A stretch of 53,000 bases of DNA from Pseudomonadota bacterium (GTDB lineage: Archaea > Thermoplasmatota > SW-10-69-26 > JACQPN01 > JAJPHT01): the NCBI GenBank assembly GCA_021325135.1, contig JAJPHT010000008.1:1-53000 (forward strand), read 5' to 3'. Both the position numbers and the translations under genes were made by a program. Under the pieces are notes generated by a model that was not told the origin of the DNA, ran no database searches, and saw only the letters and a program-made list of their open reading frames with translations. Positions 32,301 to 41,900 of the stretch are shown in pieces (positions within the stretch are counted from its first letter, which is position 1; each line of letters begins with the position of its first letter).

Positions 32301-32926
32301 TCCAGGTCGATCATGGGGCTCACGAGCCACTGGTGGATGCCGCGCGGGTAGCCCGAGTCGTCGCCGAAGCGGTACGTGCCGCGCGTGCCGTTGGCGTCGA
32401 CGGCCTGCTGCACGCTGAACGCGTCGGGCTCGCCCTGCTGCGTGACGACGCTCCAGGGGCCGGCGCCGCCCACGCGGTGGCCGGCGAAGTCGTCCTTGAG
32501 AAGCGTGACCTCGGGGTAGACGAGGTCGCCCTGGGGGACGGTGGCCGCGTCGCGCTGGTCGGCCTGCTGCTGGAGGAGCGCGATGGTGGACGTGTAGTTG
32601 TCCAGCACGTCCTTGCCCTGCGCCATGAGGATCGAGTAGGCGACGAGGGGCTGGCCGTCGAGGCCGCAGAGGACGGGCGATCCGCCCTGGTCCGCGAAGT
32701 AGGTGGTGGGGTCCTGCCCGGCGAGGGCCGCGTTGAGGGCGAGGAGCAGGTTGGGCTCGGTGATCTCGCTCTGGACGCACTGGCTCCCGGGCCCCGGAAG
32801 GGGGAGGCCCGGGATGCGCGGGACGCCCGGCGCGGACTGCGCGTCCACCACGGAGCCCGCGGGCAGGGCCATGAGCAGCGTCACGAGGAGGGCGGCCGTC
32901 TTGGGGTAGCGCGTCGCGATCTTCAC
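20357..32926 (-). CDS. Giant surface glycoprotein with multiple jelly-roll (InhA/MAM-like) modules, beta-propeller, CARDB/NEW3 repeats and canonical PGF-CTERM
   Basis: 4189 aa from GTG 32926 (MKIATRYPKTAALL; GTGA overlap, GGAGGG SD at 32933-32938); repeated LVSPxxDL...W-x-V-D-D/N-V motifs; propeller-like repeats ~29500-30450; tail VPGFEIVALLAAIAAALVV + basic residues. Confidence 0.9.
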   Translation of the reverse strand: MKIATRYPKTAALLVTLLMALPAGSVVDAQSAPGVPRIPGLPLPGPGSQCVQSEITEPNLLLALNAALAGQDPTTYFADQGGSPVLCGLDGQPLVAYSILMAQGKDVLDNYTSTIALLQQQADQRDAATVPQGDLVYPEVTLLKDDFAGHRVGGAGPWSVVTQQGEPDAFSVQQAVDANGTRGTYRFGDDSGYPRGIHQWLVSPMIDLDAVRGDAQTVSSVMAAENDAIQRLASLCDVQASPGRAGASPSTPAQTPGDGLPSTTGSLGFLCDQTTFGVTPGSGSPVRLLVGAFAQEVRDATAKLPVVRRTAQLDLDYGFNLANLTDGVRLWIYTGDHAPDRATLFSDTFGQGSDAAACATNPADTLTAGSIVSTGFGPGSSPAPQVTCRHDPSGGFLLGQSYGYSADPQYDVPVEGMSGPTAAFLQDAALPGETTSFTGDHPGVAHASIDLTNLTGKRAWVLFEVKTTPDSGRGGGFFSDRTLFPRSTGYGFTLYRVNATGQAWYRNARVEDVGANLPLSAEGNPYHDSVSAVRTVSPDLHAAPVVVNVMNAGMQTENGTLTVSLAVADAQGAFGAASPMGAPILVSNLTPSEVRAIQVPWGGAASPPRAGTLYRVTATLVPDEITGHTGDIESLNRTRETNPGSTPVRVPNHAADPTNDRTTATVDVRAYTRHALSAVPAKGSSGPALEVCAEVHSLVCTPSFTAKKGENRVLQVAVRNEGSQPETVNAQLLLSLDKVDKSAAVLDGPQRVLGDLEPGETRVVTWTIVPSDPGIYDAEAVFVSASGALATASRQVYVQRTTGTICFDNQGDDRECSATFQLSQPDFLKGRSFTAGVETPDGLLVAASNATGAALFLRAPDGTWNETPQGNLSGVGTIRAMLQGPDAVYLVGDGGAVVRDARGALTAIPLNASVAARFALTSATWWNGTLVAAGDSPVILVWNQTSKTMEPTGPIEYPHATEDGVVPIAFGGPVAALVANGPYLYLAGPGGQLLVNDGRQWNHTATPDGFAADMLGLAVRNGVVYAVGEGNSLLRARVDLAHNAVSFIPYAGIPTVDPKAAPRLVRAFPAPDGTLYVIDAQGDLAYCTACDNPAAPGWGLAEVPLPLVGSPAHEAGVVAAVVGDGVATLLAEGGVLLDHVPGSATYANQQDWTTLPLLYAKDGAVQTGINTQSNQAFRGVLPAPLPVGGSQNGFRLFRVVLDHNVMSASPAGEAFVRILYQQYPDSTLPENGAYNTCPRPAGLASGGIPNLNSALTPPTAPLGDVCHVSGSMVQLGNVFLQDVAAFSAPTASSGWEHLVIDNIAPGVYESAAKSQTGMFYGLELYKESGVRWAVDHVSVEGLNDTGWHELMHYDGASNHTGDAWRPYYVVSSTGSSQGVSNANFVDVANDWQEVQTPYYYTRASPWHVTTEGDRPVWAANNELMGGGSSPRLMDGYNARLVSPVLDLRGAYDPVVSFRQKFAFRTITNDAGTTHSLVDGDAGWIEVQYLRQGPDECPPPATSATTCGWSPFYRVRPDGDYPNGKALGFGDYTSYRGGIVASSSYNDYSGIGLGPNQQNPATGRAGSYWARDMRPDASGVFRDPLDTSTYEPASVDLNDAACRPGFDSPTATDCIPPNAAGGQVDLSGHLVRVAFHLLTWTSPNNLTVADAGDNNWEFNAANAAQQAVSPASYPGEGWYVTDFKVVGARPLGIDLAATNLQFKVGYDADRLGVGPGTRVPINVTVRNNGIYDALGYTGSLEIRRVLDPVAKTSTLLQTIPLAQQPLLEAGASVNHTFFWDVPFAEGQLYSISFHATPLGIDRDEDPTDNVALLGTLANPVVAHSRPEFHLDALVRPENATSQIPRAITLYLDNTGNVPLSGFRVTRDVQDLTGLVVDHRVYSTVRPVPEGTRVALASVADLDPSTDVFFQPPQNRDYKMVASATVDSTGQHLADGLTRTIRSLDAFLFDDAETGVQGEAFRGDWSLDPSWSLQSPGFRSDAAYGFGDPATNRYPADADASATLPLVDVGSARDAKVAFYQRYQFEPGFDAGVLQASADGGKTWTNLPASADPLNGLPLGVIGDTPLSAASPLHPTGNPDDAAFAVSGDSSTLPAAPGGWVFSQFDLTRFPNVTQQSVAYAFYRNPQLQQFAGTLGNATTLPPSLANPAVYTDVKWGATGDLGKRGYWEYDNLTQPGGEAQASLGSDAILPVAGDGALWWSGSASFEDDQRNVTGNEMLNVPLNLTGVTDPRAKVTLDWWEWADRFGQTLRYYDNTSLYSPQPGVTGFYNAFAGVVGDGQHPGQTYRFNVSKPAIVETRGRWYHMVADVSNLKGLNVNVSFAYAPKVGDALSGCGNTSVTKRISCYGNMLDDRGFAIDGFRVNVTQVVNGKPANGVTLLDPKTAWAAASVVGCANFTGGEHLWATGGTSYLPCYSVPGSSPNMTFDTYTRFEKGDPASANYAALVGRNWSLVPYVPGVQSNWSVVPVMDLDGKGMTPGNLQNALGETPRAWYSGYPGDPRCRDLTDATNGDGAAKEYSKTLGLTSMPCPLPGSESRLVTPVFDLSQIAGENAVLSFQHRYAFEAQKYADSDYPLASGGVVEAQVYDDASGTWGPWRQIYANDAMTPYPRNADGSYNTGLDMGKGYDGANPAAPARGGYSYFTVNSTPTNNGATRRYDPPFQAVPPVKGSPVRQDVQFLYSQFSTDTPYGAAHHGWVPASFDVSDLIGKKVRFGFHVFFSGQPAIQQKAATLTKPDGSTGSLRPDDNGGWWITNVSVVGDVLSGSPIQLRLRAATDGSVDDGHWQVDDVSVFGQRYGRNVGIFADESALHSTTPGHNVTIPVTIRNMGSTVRRGLAIDARMAPVNGANPAVVLSGDAPAGLLADPDASHPGAMLFLASPLAPGQSTTIHVTLTADKTLPNGFQDLLLLELREFNPTSQNTPYVPIRDNEVQGFLERHVQFEVLDHGSLSVVSATTTPVNARVGENATLTLRLANAGGVPLNAALSCSAEVYDHNVPTNHQTSPGREADVDRETIPSCGSASVPLPVGGSAVVSFQATPHAAGVLAFHVGGSVADGTVGGFNLTPDVFPTTLEMAIAAAPQAYATGFDNPDDAKANWSQGNAPNGFGWSTTRGHDGAGALEIGVNESTLAFGASYNDGVGPGGSYYQAVSPVIDLHNFTAQQPAFLTFWHEDRLARYDGASVSAQVVLDETASAEKPATGAFSCKLVPVGGYEGPITGWWGPQPPPTGGQSKPQTEDMNAAFGNETALPSAGASGFQFSSGNDYFTSPGGWEETWSKAVFDLANQPHCHPVGYNPGKGDAEPATRLSLLGHKIRLVFRVWVGPGSAIEAAQKSPLARGQGHAMLVDDLSVGPYNLEIHPQSQHAVLLDNVTKTFNVVVTNRGSFPDLARVTYDADNSSAPEGSVRPPADAFALQPGETRLVPVTVTLPRDPGLLPTTYRATLRVKSDLDGAVGGPTLVDLVFAPRQLADLGVSVALPVGAQALVQEGTEAFLPVTVDNHGLVDSQPSTLHVVDHWVEGGTDVAYDLPLPAIKSYYTSPDESTAVIEFHWKPARGAIGQHVLTFVADPASVGEEYSRSDNVVQATLPVTALLIPDLDVSAQDALTLRNSLGGVVDPAQDADVSRYEVTAGELASFELTVSNPGRAAATNVDVRASIGSLTLPAKSIAFIPAGGKAVVTFNWLAQKGEYNLSFDVRNEQLQLSTDNDHYPGTGLTLLIVKGYDVRLDLGQLADAVAAGADLKLPFNVTNDGNAGEDLQFVAQAPPGVSVTLPRDGLFLRAGETFSGLARVDVGPDAVAGAAEPQFIRVLAVSRENPMKVASGETPLAVRAEYAGSLVATVASASPPTIVVPITARNEGNSVAPWTVSATLPPGWTAQETLPAKLVVPPRGQATLALHVSVPPGTAPGAQAVQAHAVMPDGEARDGSVSVNVQPFRVASAKVVDSVAKPAEGALAYPVAVENAGNTKTPFQVVLTSVPPGVEASLEPSTFDLAPGAKTVATLLVKPNATVPAGSYPVVAYALFPGVTPDTAEGRANVQALHVSIARPDFQVNALEYAPRQGLSPGDRVTVRLPVANGGSGPASDVPVHLFVDDYFVGETRIPSLDAGAKTEVSFNWTAQPGAHTLTAVVDPYNDTVDPATADNAVSALVTVSGAGSPGGLAAQRSNVPGFEIVALLAAIAAALVVTPKTGSRRPPK

Positions 32927-35900
32927 TTGGATCCCTCCTTCTTCCTGCGCATGGCGAGCGCGGCGATGCCCACCGCCGCCACCGCGGCCGTCGTGACCAG
33001 CGCGACGCCTCCCATGGGGACGCGCTGCGCGAACGCGGCGAGGCCGGCGGCGGGTCCCGCGGCGGCGCCTTCGGCGCTCACCAGCGGCCCGCGCACGGCC
33101 TTGCCGTCGGGGAACGAGACGGTGTAGCGCCCGTCCGACGCCTCGAAGGCGTAGGTGTGCGGCGCGTCGCGGCGCTCCGGCGAGAGGCGCGTCTCGTAGA
33201 CGTACTGCACGCCGCTGGCCAGCGACCCGCCCTCGACGCGCGTCATGTTCTGGGGCACGCCGTCGAGGATCAGGTGCACGTAGGTCGGCGCGACGCCGCC
33301 CGGGCTCATGTAGGTGACGACGTAGCGGAAGAGCGTGGTCGCGCTTCCCAGCGTGGGCGTCGCCGCTCCGGCGGTGAGGCGCGGCAGCGCGGTGGCGCTG
33401 GCGCGCAGCGTCTCCGAGACGGGGCCCTCGTTGTTGCCATAGTCGACCGCGACGACCTGGTACGTGTAGGGCTTCTCCAGCGCGAGGCCGGAGTCGTCGA
33501 ACGTCGTGCCCTGCACCTCGGCGACGGGGCGGAACGTGGCCGCGTCGTCGCTGCGGTAGACGCGGTAGAACGCCACCGCGACGTTGTCGGTGGCGGGGGG
33601 CCACGAGAGGCGCAGCGTGCCGTTGAGGAGGTCGACCACCGAGAGCGGCCCGACCTTGGTGGGCGCCTGCGCGTCGACCTTCGTCGCGAGGGTGCCGCTG
33701 ACGCGCACGGCGTTGCCGGCGGCGTCCACGACGTCCAGGGTGTAGGAGTACGTGCGGCTGGGCAGCAGGCCCGCGAAGGAGAGCGTGGGGCTGCGCTGGA
33801 GCGTGGCGGTGGCCGCGCTCACGGCGGGGCTGCCGGGGGCCGTGGCGTTGCCCACGAGGAGCACGGGCTCGCTGGTGTCGACGCGCACCTGGGCGGTGGT
33901 GTAGTCCTCGCGGCCGGGCGTCGGCTCGCCCGCGCTGGGCGCCACGTTGTCCACGGGCACCTGCGCGACGAGGTGGAGCTCGTTGCCGGCGAGGTCCGTG
34001 GCGACGATGGGGATGGACACCAGCGCGGCGGGGCTCGCCAGCGTGACGGGCGCCGTGCCGGCGTAGAGGTCGGTGCCGGGGAGGCGCACGAGCTTCGTCT
34101 CCTTCTGGCCCGAGAGGCCCGACGTGTCGGCGATCGCGAGGGCGATGCCGCTCTCGTCGGTGAGCGTGAGGTTCAGCGTCACGGTGCCGCCCGCCTTGGC
34201 GGCCGCGGTGCCGGGCGCGAAGGACGCGGGGTTCACCACGGCGACGGGGGGCGCGTCGTCGACGACGACGGTCCACGTCTCCTCGTCGAGGTTGCCCGCC
34301 TTGTCCACGACGCGCAGGTCGAAGGCGTGCGGGCCGGGCGAGAGCGGGAAGGGCAGGGCGTAGGCCAGCGAGGCGCCCGCGGCGGTCGCGGACGCGGTGA
34401 GGTTCGTCGAGACGATATCACCATCGATGGCCAGCGTGGCGGGCGCGGCGCCGAAGCCGGCGAGGTTGTCGGCGACGTTGGCCTTGAGCGTGGGCTGCGC
34501 CTCGCGCGTGGCCACGAGGGGCGAGACGACGTCCACCGTGGGCGGCGTGTTGTCCAGCAGGAAGGGCCCGAGGACCAGGGACGCGGTGTCCACGTGCGCG
34601 GGGTCGGGGCCGGCCTCGGCGGTGACGCGCAGGCGGTAGGCCGCGCCGTCGAGGTAGCGGCTGCTGTTGAACGTCAGCGCGTGGTCCGCGCCGCCCTCGG
34701 TGCGCACGGTGTAGAAGCTCCAGGGCGCGCCGGGCGCGGGCTGGACCTCCAGCGTGTAGCGCACGAGGCCCGCGGAGCCGTGCAGGCCGCCGCGGAACTG
34801 GAGGGGCACGGCGCCCGAGAGCGCGCTGCCCGCGGCGGGCGAGACGCCCTCCAGGAAGAGGGCCGAGGAGGTGGCGGCGGAGAGGGCGTCGCTGAGGTTC
34901 ACGAGGCCACCCGCGGTGGCCGAGCCCGCGCGCACGAGGTAGCGCGTGGAGGGCGAGAGGCCCGAGACGGTGACGACGTGGGACCAGTTGAGCGTCTCGT
35001 TGCGCGGGCCGTCCACCATGGTCGCGTTGCTCGTGCCGTAGCGCACGTAGCCGGTGGTGGGCACGGTGGTGTTCCACGCCAGCGTCAGCGAGTCGTAGGA
35101 CGCGTTGACGACGCGCACGTCGGGCGCTCCGGCCGCGGTGAGGTTGAACTGGAAGCTCTGGAAGCTCACCGGGATCTGGAACGTGACCGTGGCGGGGTTG
35201 CCCGCGTTGTCGTACACGGTGGCCGTGACGGGGTAGACGGAGTCGTCCACGAGGCCGGGCTTGTCGACCTTGAAGGTGACCTCGCGGTAGACGACGGAGC
35301 CGTCGCGGGCGGGGCGCGCGTCCAGGATGCCGGTCCGGTTGAGCGAGCGGGCGTCGAAGCGAATGCCGTCCGCGACGCCGAACGCGTCGCCGGCAAGGAT
35401 GCGCAGCGAGAGCGTGTCGCCCGGCTTCACGGCGCTCTGCCCCTCGGGGTAGAGGGGCGGCTGCGCCTGCACGTCGGGGGCCTTGCCGTCGAGGACGACG
35501 TTCTGGAAGGAGACCTCCAGCTCGTTGCCCGCCTGGTCGAACACCTGGGCCGACGCGCTCCAGACGCCGTTGGGGTAGAGCGTGCCGTTGCCGTTGACGG
35601 AGCCCCAGCCGTTGTACGCCCACTTGTCGTAGCCCGAGGGGCAGGGCGCGCCGGAGGCGTCGGGGCTCGCGGCGTAGGAGCGCGTGAGCACCGCCAGCGT
35701 CGTGGGGTCCACGTAGTCGAAGTTGACGTTGACGCTGGCGACGCGGCCGTTGGGCGTCTCGTCGTCGTGCGCGCAGAGGCGGAACGAGACGGGCGCGCCC
35801 GCGCGCACGAAGTACGCGTCCTGGCCGAGGAAGGTCAGGAGGTTCGCGCCGACGACCTCGTCCTGCGCGACGAGCGCCTTGGGGAGGCCGGGGTCCTCGC

Positions 35901-38900
35901 GGATGGCGGCGTAGAGTCCGCCGTCCAGCTTGTGCTTCAGCGCGGCGGCGTAGGCGGCCTCGCGCTCGTGGGGGCAGTCGGTGGGCGTGCACGCGCCTTC
36001 GACGTTGCCCGCGCGGTCCTCGGAGATGGCGACGAAGTAGGACGTGGGCGTGCTGGTGGGCGAGACGTCGATGGAGGTGACGTCGGGGCCGAAGTCCTTC
36101 TGGCCCGGCGCGAGGGGCTTGTCGGGGCTGGCGTGGGGCGCGGCCCAGTTGGCGGGGCTGCGCAGGTCGCCCGAGCCGGTGTATTCCAGGATGCGCGTGC
36201 TGCGCACGCCGGAGCCGCGCTCGTCCACGATCCAGCCCAGCGGGATGGCGGAGCCGTTGAGGAAGGGCTGGCCCACGACGGCGCGCGTGGCGAAGACGGT
36301 CTTGGGGGGCGTGGCGTCCACGAGCACCGAGCGCGTGGCGGTGGTGGGCAGCGTGGCCTTGTCCGCCGCGACGACGCGCAGCGTGTAGACGCCGTCGGGG
36401 AGGACCTGGCCCGCGTCGCCGCGGCCGTCCCAGCCGGCGCTGAACCGCGCGTAGGGGGCGCGGGCCGCGTCGCGGTAGTAGCTCACGTGGCCCGACTGGA
36501 GGACGAAGCTGCTGGCGGCGTCGGGGAGGACGCCCTCGGCGGGGCGGCCCGCGAAGAGGGTGCGCACGACGGCGCCGCTGGCGTCCACGACCTGCATGGT
36601 CACGTTGGTGGAGGGCTCGGTGGGCACGCGCACGTCGAGGCGGCTCTGCGTCGTGTCGTCGCCGTTCTGCGACTCGCTCACGACGAAGTAGGAGATGGGC
36701 GTCCCGAGGTCGAAGGTGCTGCCCAGCGTGTTCTCCACGGGCTGGCGCACCTTCTGGTCGAGGATCGCGTTGTCCAGGAGGTCCGTGAGGTCGAGGATCT
36801 GCTCGCCGCCGATGCCGTTGACGACGGGGACCCGCACGTCGTTGGGGTCGAGCCTCTGGTCCTGGAGCGGGTTGCCCGGGACGGGCAGGGTCGACAGGGG
36901 CAGCGTCTCCACGGGGATCGCGGCGATCTCGGTCGCGATGGCGGCCTGCGCCTGGCGCATCGCGCTGTCGAAGGGGCCTTCGACGTCGCCGCACACGTTG
37001 GCGGTGGGGACGCAGGTGCCGGCGAGGGTCTGCTGCACGCTGAGGTTGGGCAGCGACTCCACGATCTCCAGCTTCAGCGAGTAGCCGGAGGGGATGTCGA
37101 CGCCCAGGCCGTCGGGGGTGGGCTGGATGCCAAGCTCGCGCAGCGCGGGGGAGTCGTTGAGGTCGAGCCAGAAGTCCTGGAAGGCCGGCGTGGGCGTGAG
37201 GCTGGGGTACGTCGTCTGGTTGACGGTCCCCAGCTCGGCGCGCGCGGGGGCCAGGTCGTTGTCGATGCCGGCGCCCTGGCTGTCCACGGCGTTGCCGGGG
37301 GAGGGCGCGGGCGAGGCGCCGTTGGCGTAGATGGGGCACACCGGCGTGACGCTGCACGCCTCGGCGCGCGCGAGGCCGGCCAGCGCGGTGCCGGGGCCGA
37401 GGCTCGCGGCGCTGGCGATCTGGTCGCGCACGGGCGTGAGGAAGGGCTGCGCGGGGCCGGGGAGGCTGTCCGCGAGGCGGTCGACGCGCGTGTCGAACGT
37501 CTGGTCCGCGAGAAAGACCTTCTCGCCGCCCACGCTGGCGTCGCCGCCGGTGGAGTTGACGAGGCCGATGCGGATGTGCGTGGCGTAGTCGGTGATCAGC
37601 GGGATGAGGCCCGTGTGCTGCGCGAGGTGGACGTGGAAGGCGTCCTTGGCGACAATGGTCATGTCGCCCGCGAGGCGCGAGGTCTGCGCGCTGTACTTCT
37701 TGTCCTCGCCCGAGGACTCGGTGACGTAGCCGCCCGCCGCGCTGCGCGAGGGCGTCGTCGTCAGCGTGGGCGTGCCCGACGAGGAGGGGAGGTAGAAGGG
37801 CAGCAGGCTGCAGAGCCGGTCCACCGCGGGGTCGGGGACGCACGGGATGGTGGCGTTGGCGCCGGAGGGGCGCCAGCCCATGAGGGCCGCGAGGCGCTCC
37901 TCGTCGGCGTCGTGGGAGACGCTGTAGTTGGCGACGAGGCGCTCCTCGCCGGGCGCCGCGCCAAGGGGAGTGAGGATGCCGTCGGCGGCGCCCTGGAAGC
38001 GCGGCGCGACGTCCAGGTCCACCACGGGGCGGTTGCTCACGACGGAGGTCGCGTGGCCGTGGTCGACGACGCCCGCGCCGGTGGGCGGGATGTCGTAGAA
38101 CGCGATGCTGGACGCCTTCTCGCCCCCCTCGGAGAGGGAGAGGCTGATGGCGGCGCGGGCGCGCAGGTCCACGATGCCGTCGCGCAGCTGGGTGGTGTCG
38201 AAGGGCAGCACGACGTCCTCCACCTGGCGCGCGCCGCTGGCGAGCTTCGACGCGACGGGCACGCCGTCCACGAGGAAGTCCACGCCGTCCACGAAGAGGT
38301 CGTTCTTCGCGGCGGAGGCGCCCGGCGCGGCCTGCGCGGGGAGGCCGTTGCGGGTGAGGTCGACGTGCGCGCGCAGGCACACGGTGCCGTTGAGCACGGG
38401 CGCGTGCAGCGTGGCGGTGTAGTCGCGGGTGGGGACGAGGGGCGCGTCGTCGGCGCAGCCCTTCAGGGGATCAAGAGCGCCCGCGAGGGGGTCCCACCGC
38501 GTGATGGTGAGCGTCGTGCGGCCATCGCCGCCCAGGAGCGAGGTGCTCAGGAGGCCCGCGAGGCGGTCGCGCACGAGGTTGTCCGTGACGTCGTGGTCGA
38601 CGCCGATGCCGCCCTGGCTGGACGAGGGCTCGCTGCCGCTGGCCCACGCGACGCCGTTGTGCGGCGGGGGCGCGGGGGAGTTGGGGTCGCTGGGGAGGAC
38701 CGCGCACGCGACCGCGCCGGGGCAGAACGTCCGCGTCGCGATGGTGTAGAGGTCGTTGCCCGCGAGGTCGAGGAAGGTGGCCGTCGCGTTGGCGTGGGCG
38801 GGCACGTAGCCGTCGTCCGCGAAGCCGCCGGGCGTGAGGTAGCGATCGTCGCCGTCGCTCTCCAGGAAGACCGCGACGCCGTTGTGGCTGGCCGCGCCCT

Positions 38901-41900
38901 GGGAGGCGTCGCCCGCCTGGTACGTGTCGCTGCCGCCGTTGTCCACGAGGAGCGAAAGCCCGCCGTAGTCCGCGAAGGACTGCGAGCGCGCGCCCGAGGT
39001 CATCACGCCGTCGCTGCCGGCGGAGCCGAGGTTGGCGAGGATGCCGACGCCCGCCACCGAGGCGGCCTGCGTCAATTCGGGGACGTGGGCCGCGAGGGGC
39101 GCGGACGCGTTCTGGCCAAGCTGCGCGAGCTGGATCGTGGCCCACTGCGCCATCTCGGGCGAGGGGTCGCCATCCGGCGCCGCGCCGGTCGCGCTGAAGG
39201 CGCTCTCCTGGTCGGTGGTGCCGGCGGGGTAGACGAAGTCGCTCTGCGTCGCGGCCTCGTGATAGCTCATGCGCACCGCCACGTCGCGGTCGAGGTACTG
39301 CGCGTCCGTGCACGAGGGCGTCGTGGGGTCCAGGGGGTCGCAGTAGTGGAAGCCCTGCGAGTCGTAGGTGAAGCCGAAGGCGAGGCTGTCCGCCTGGAGG
39401 CCGCGGCGCAGGGGGCGCTGGAGCTCGGCGAAGAAGCGGCCGTCGACCACGCGGCAATTGGCGCGGCCCTTCACGGCGTCGTTGGGGTCGTTGGAGACCC
39501 ACGCCCCGTTGGCCTGCGCGGCGGAGCGCACGACGTTGCACGTCCCGTCGGGGTTGAACCCGAGGACGATGCGCTCCAGGCTCGTGCGGCCCAGCGCGGC
39601 GTCGTAGGGGCGGAGCGTGGCGCCCGCGTTGATGTCGATCGTCAGGCTGTCGCCGTTGGCGCCCGCGTAGGTGGCGGGGTCGGAGAGGCCCATGGAGCTG
39701 CGCGTGGGGCCGTCCACCGCGACGTAGAGGTTGCGCTCGTCGTTGCCGAACGCGACGCGGAAGGGCGCCTGCTGGCGCGCGTCCTGGAGGCTCGTGAAGG
39801 GGAGCACGAGGGGCGCGGCCACGCTGGCCGAGGAGAGGTTCAGGGTGACGTTCCACTCGGACTCGTTGCCGTAGTTGAGGTTCGCGTCCACGAGGGGCGC
39901 GCGGGGGAGCCACGGCGAGCCGTAGGAGTCGGTGAGGGTCCTGCCCACGCCGTAGGCGTCGGCGCCGCCCGCGTCCACGAGGACGCCCACGCTGAAGAAG
40001 CCGGCGCCCTGCGCGAGGCTGCGGTCGGCGCTGTGCGTGCTGGCGCCGCTGCCCGCGTCGAAGAGGAGGCTCACGGGGTAGAGCGTGAGCGTGGGGCGCG
40101 TGCAGGAGAGCGCGCTGCACGCGGCGAGGGGGCTCGCGGGGGGCGCGCCGCTGGCGAGGACCTCGCCCACGAAGCCGCCGCCCGTGTTCTGATAGCTGTT
40201 CTTGCCGCCCAGGTCCACGATGAGCGCGTAGTCGGTGGCGTTGTACGTCGTGTCGCCCAGGCCGCCGATGGCGAGGCGCGCGGCGGGGAAGTCCAGGAGC
40301 ATGCCGTTGGGGTCGGTGCCCGCGGGCGAGTCGCTGCCGCTCACGGCCGCGAGGAGCGCGTTGGGGTCCTTCGCGTCGGTGTCCAGGTGGACGCCCACGT
40401 CGGCGTAGAGGTGGATGCCGGAGTCGCCGTTCTGGAGGGGCGAGTCGGCGCGCTGCACGGTGAGGCGGTCCTCGCGGTCCGCGCGCTGCTGGTAGGCGCG
40501 CAGGACGGGGTCGAACGCGCTGTAGGAGTCGAAGCCGCCCGCGTCCACGAGGAGGCCCACGCCAGGCTCGGCCGCGCGGCCGCTGCCGGTGTTGGCCGCC
40601 GCGCTGGGGTTGAAGGCCTCGCCCAGGGGCGCGCCCTGGCTCACGACGCCGCCGGCCTTGTACGCGTCGTTGCCGCCCAGGTCCACGAGGGCGCCCACGG
40701 CGCGGCCGCCGCCCACGCCCTGGGCGTCGATGCCGGTGGCGGTGTAGAAGTCGGACGTGGAGGCGTCGCCCGCGAGGAGGACGCCCACGGCGTCGGGGCC
40801 CTGCTGGCAGCCGCCCGCGAAGTTGCTGGTGGAGAGCATGTCGCAGCCGCTGGGGAGGTCCGAGCCGTTGGCCGACGCCAGGGGGAAGCCGCGGGCGAAG
40901 CCCTGGCTGTTGGAGCCCGCGGTGAAGACGTTGAGGCCCGGGTCGCTGCCCAGGTCGAAGAGGAGGCCGGGCACGGCGCGGCGGTCCGCGGAGTCCTTGC
41001 CGGGGAGGCGGCCGTCGCCGTTGGGGAGACCCGTGGCGCCGTTGAGGCCCGTGCCGTAGCCGGCCAGCGAGGCGCCCTGGGAGAGGTTGCCCGCGGTGTA
41101 GCGGTCGAAGGCGCCCGCGAGGTCCAGGAGGACGCCGCCCACGGCGCCCTGGCTCACGTCGCCCGCACGGTAGACGTCCGAGCCCGCGGTGTCCACGAGC
41201 ACGCCGTACATGGAGCCTTGCGTATAGCTCACCGAGGGCGTGTTGTACGAGTCGCAGCCGCAGTCGCCCGCCTGGGGGTCCTGCACGGTGCCCGTGGGGA
41301 TCGTCATGGCGGGGTCGACGTTGAGCGTGAGCGTGGGCGCGAGGAACGACTGCCTCAGGCTCACGGGGGAGGACTTGTCGGTGGCGTCGTCGCCGGGCGC
41401 GGTCACGATGGGGGTGGCGCCGCCGGCCACGCCGAAGAAGCGGTCGTTGCCGCCGAGGTCGATGGCGACGAGGTAGTCCACCGAGTAATTGGTGGCGACG
41501 GAGTCGCCCACGGCGAGGATGCCCGCGGGGAGGCGGAAGGCGTAGGCGTCGCTGCTGCCGGGGCTCGTGCCGGCGGGGGGCGTGGAGGCGGTGCCGCTGC
41601 CGGTGGCGTTGGGGCCGAAGGTGGCGGAGGAGCCGACGCAGTTCGCGCCGTCGAGGTTGGCCTGGCTGGGGAGGCCCGTGCTGGAGGAGCCGCCCACGAC
41701 GCGGGGCCCGGAGTCGTCGACGATGCTGGTGTTGAGGTGCACGGTGCCCAGGCACGCGCCGCTCACGCTGCCCAGGTCGTTGATGGGCAGGCGCAGGTCG
41801 ATGATCTTGTCCGAGCCCTTGGGCGTGCCCTGGGGCGCGTCGTCGCTGAGGGGCCCGCCGTTGCCGTTCACGGCGTTGCCCTCCAGGGGGAGGTTGAGCG

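Noticed and set aside
32927-34276. N-terminal extensions in the ORF track (4639-aa version; likewise the 2599, 793, 641, 590 and 250-aa versions of other genes)
   Set aside because: The extensions overlap the upstream gene in another frame or run through intergenic DNA; true starts are marked by stop/start overlaps, SD motifs, signal peptides or family N-termini.
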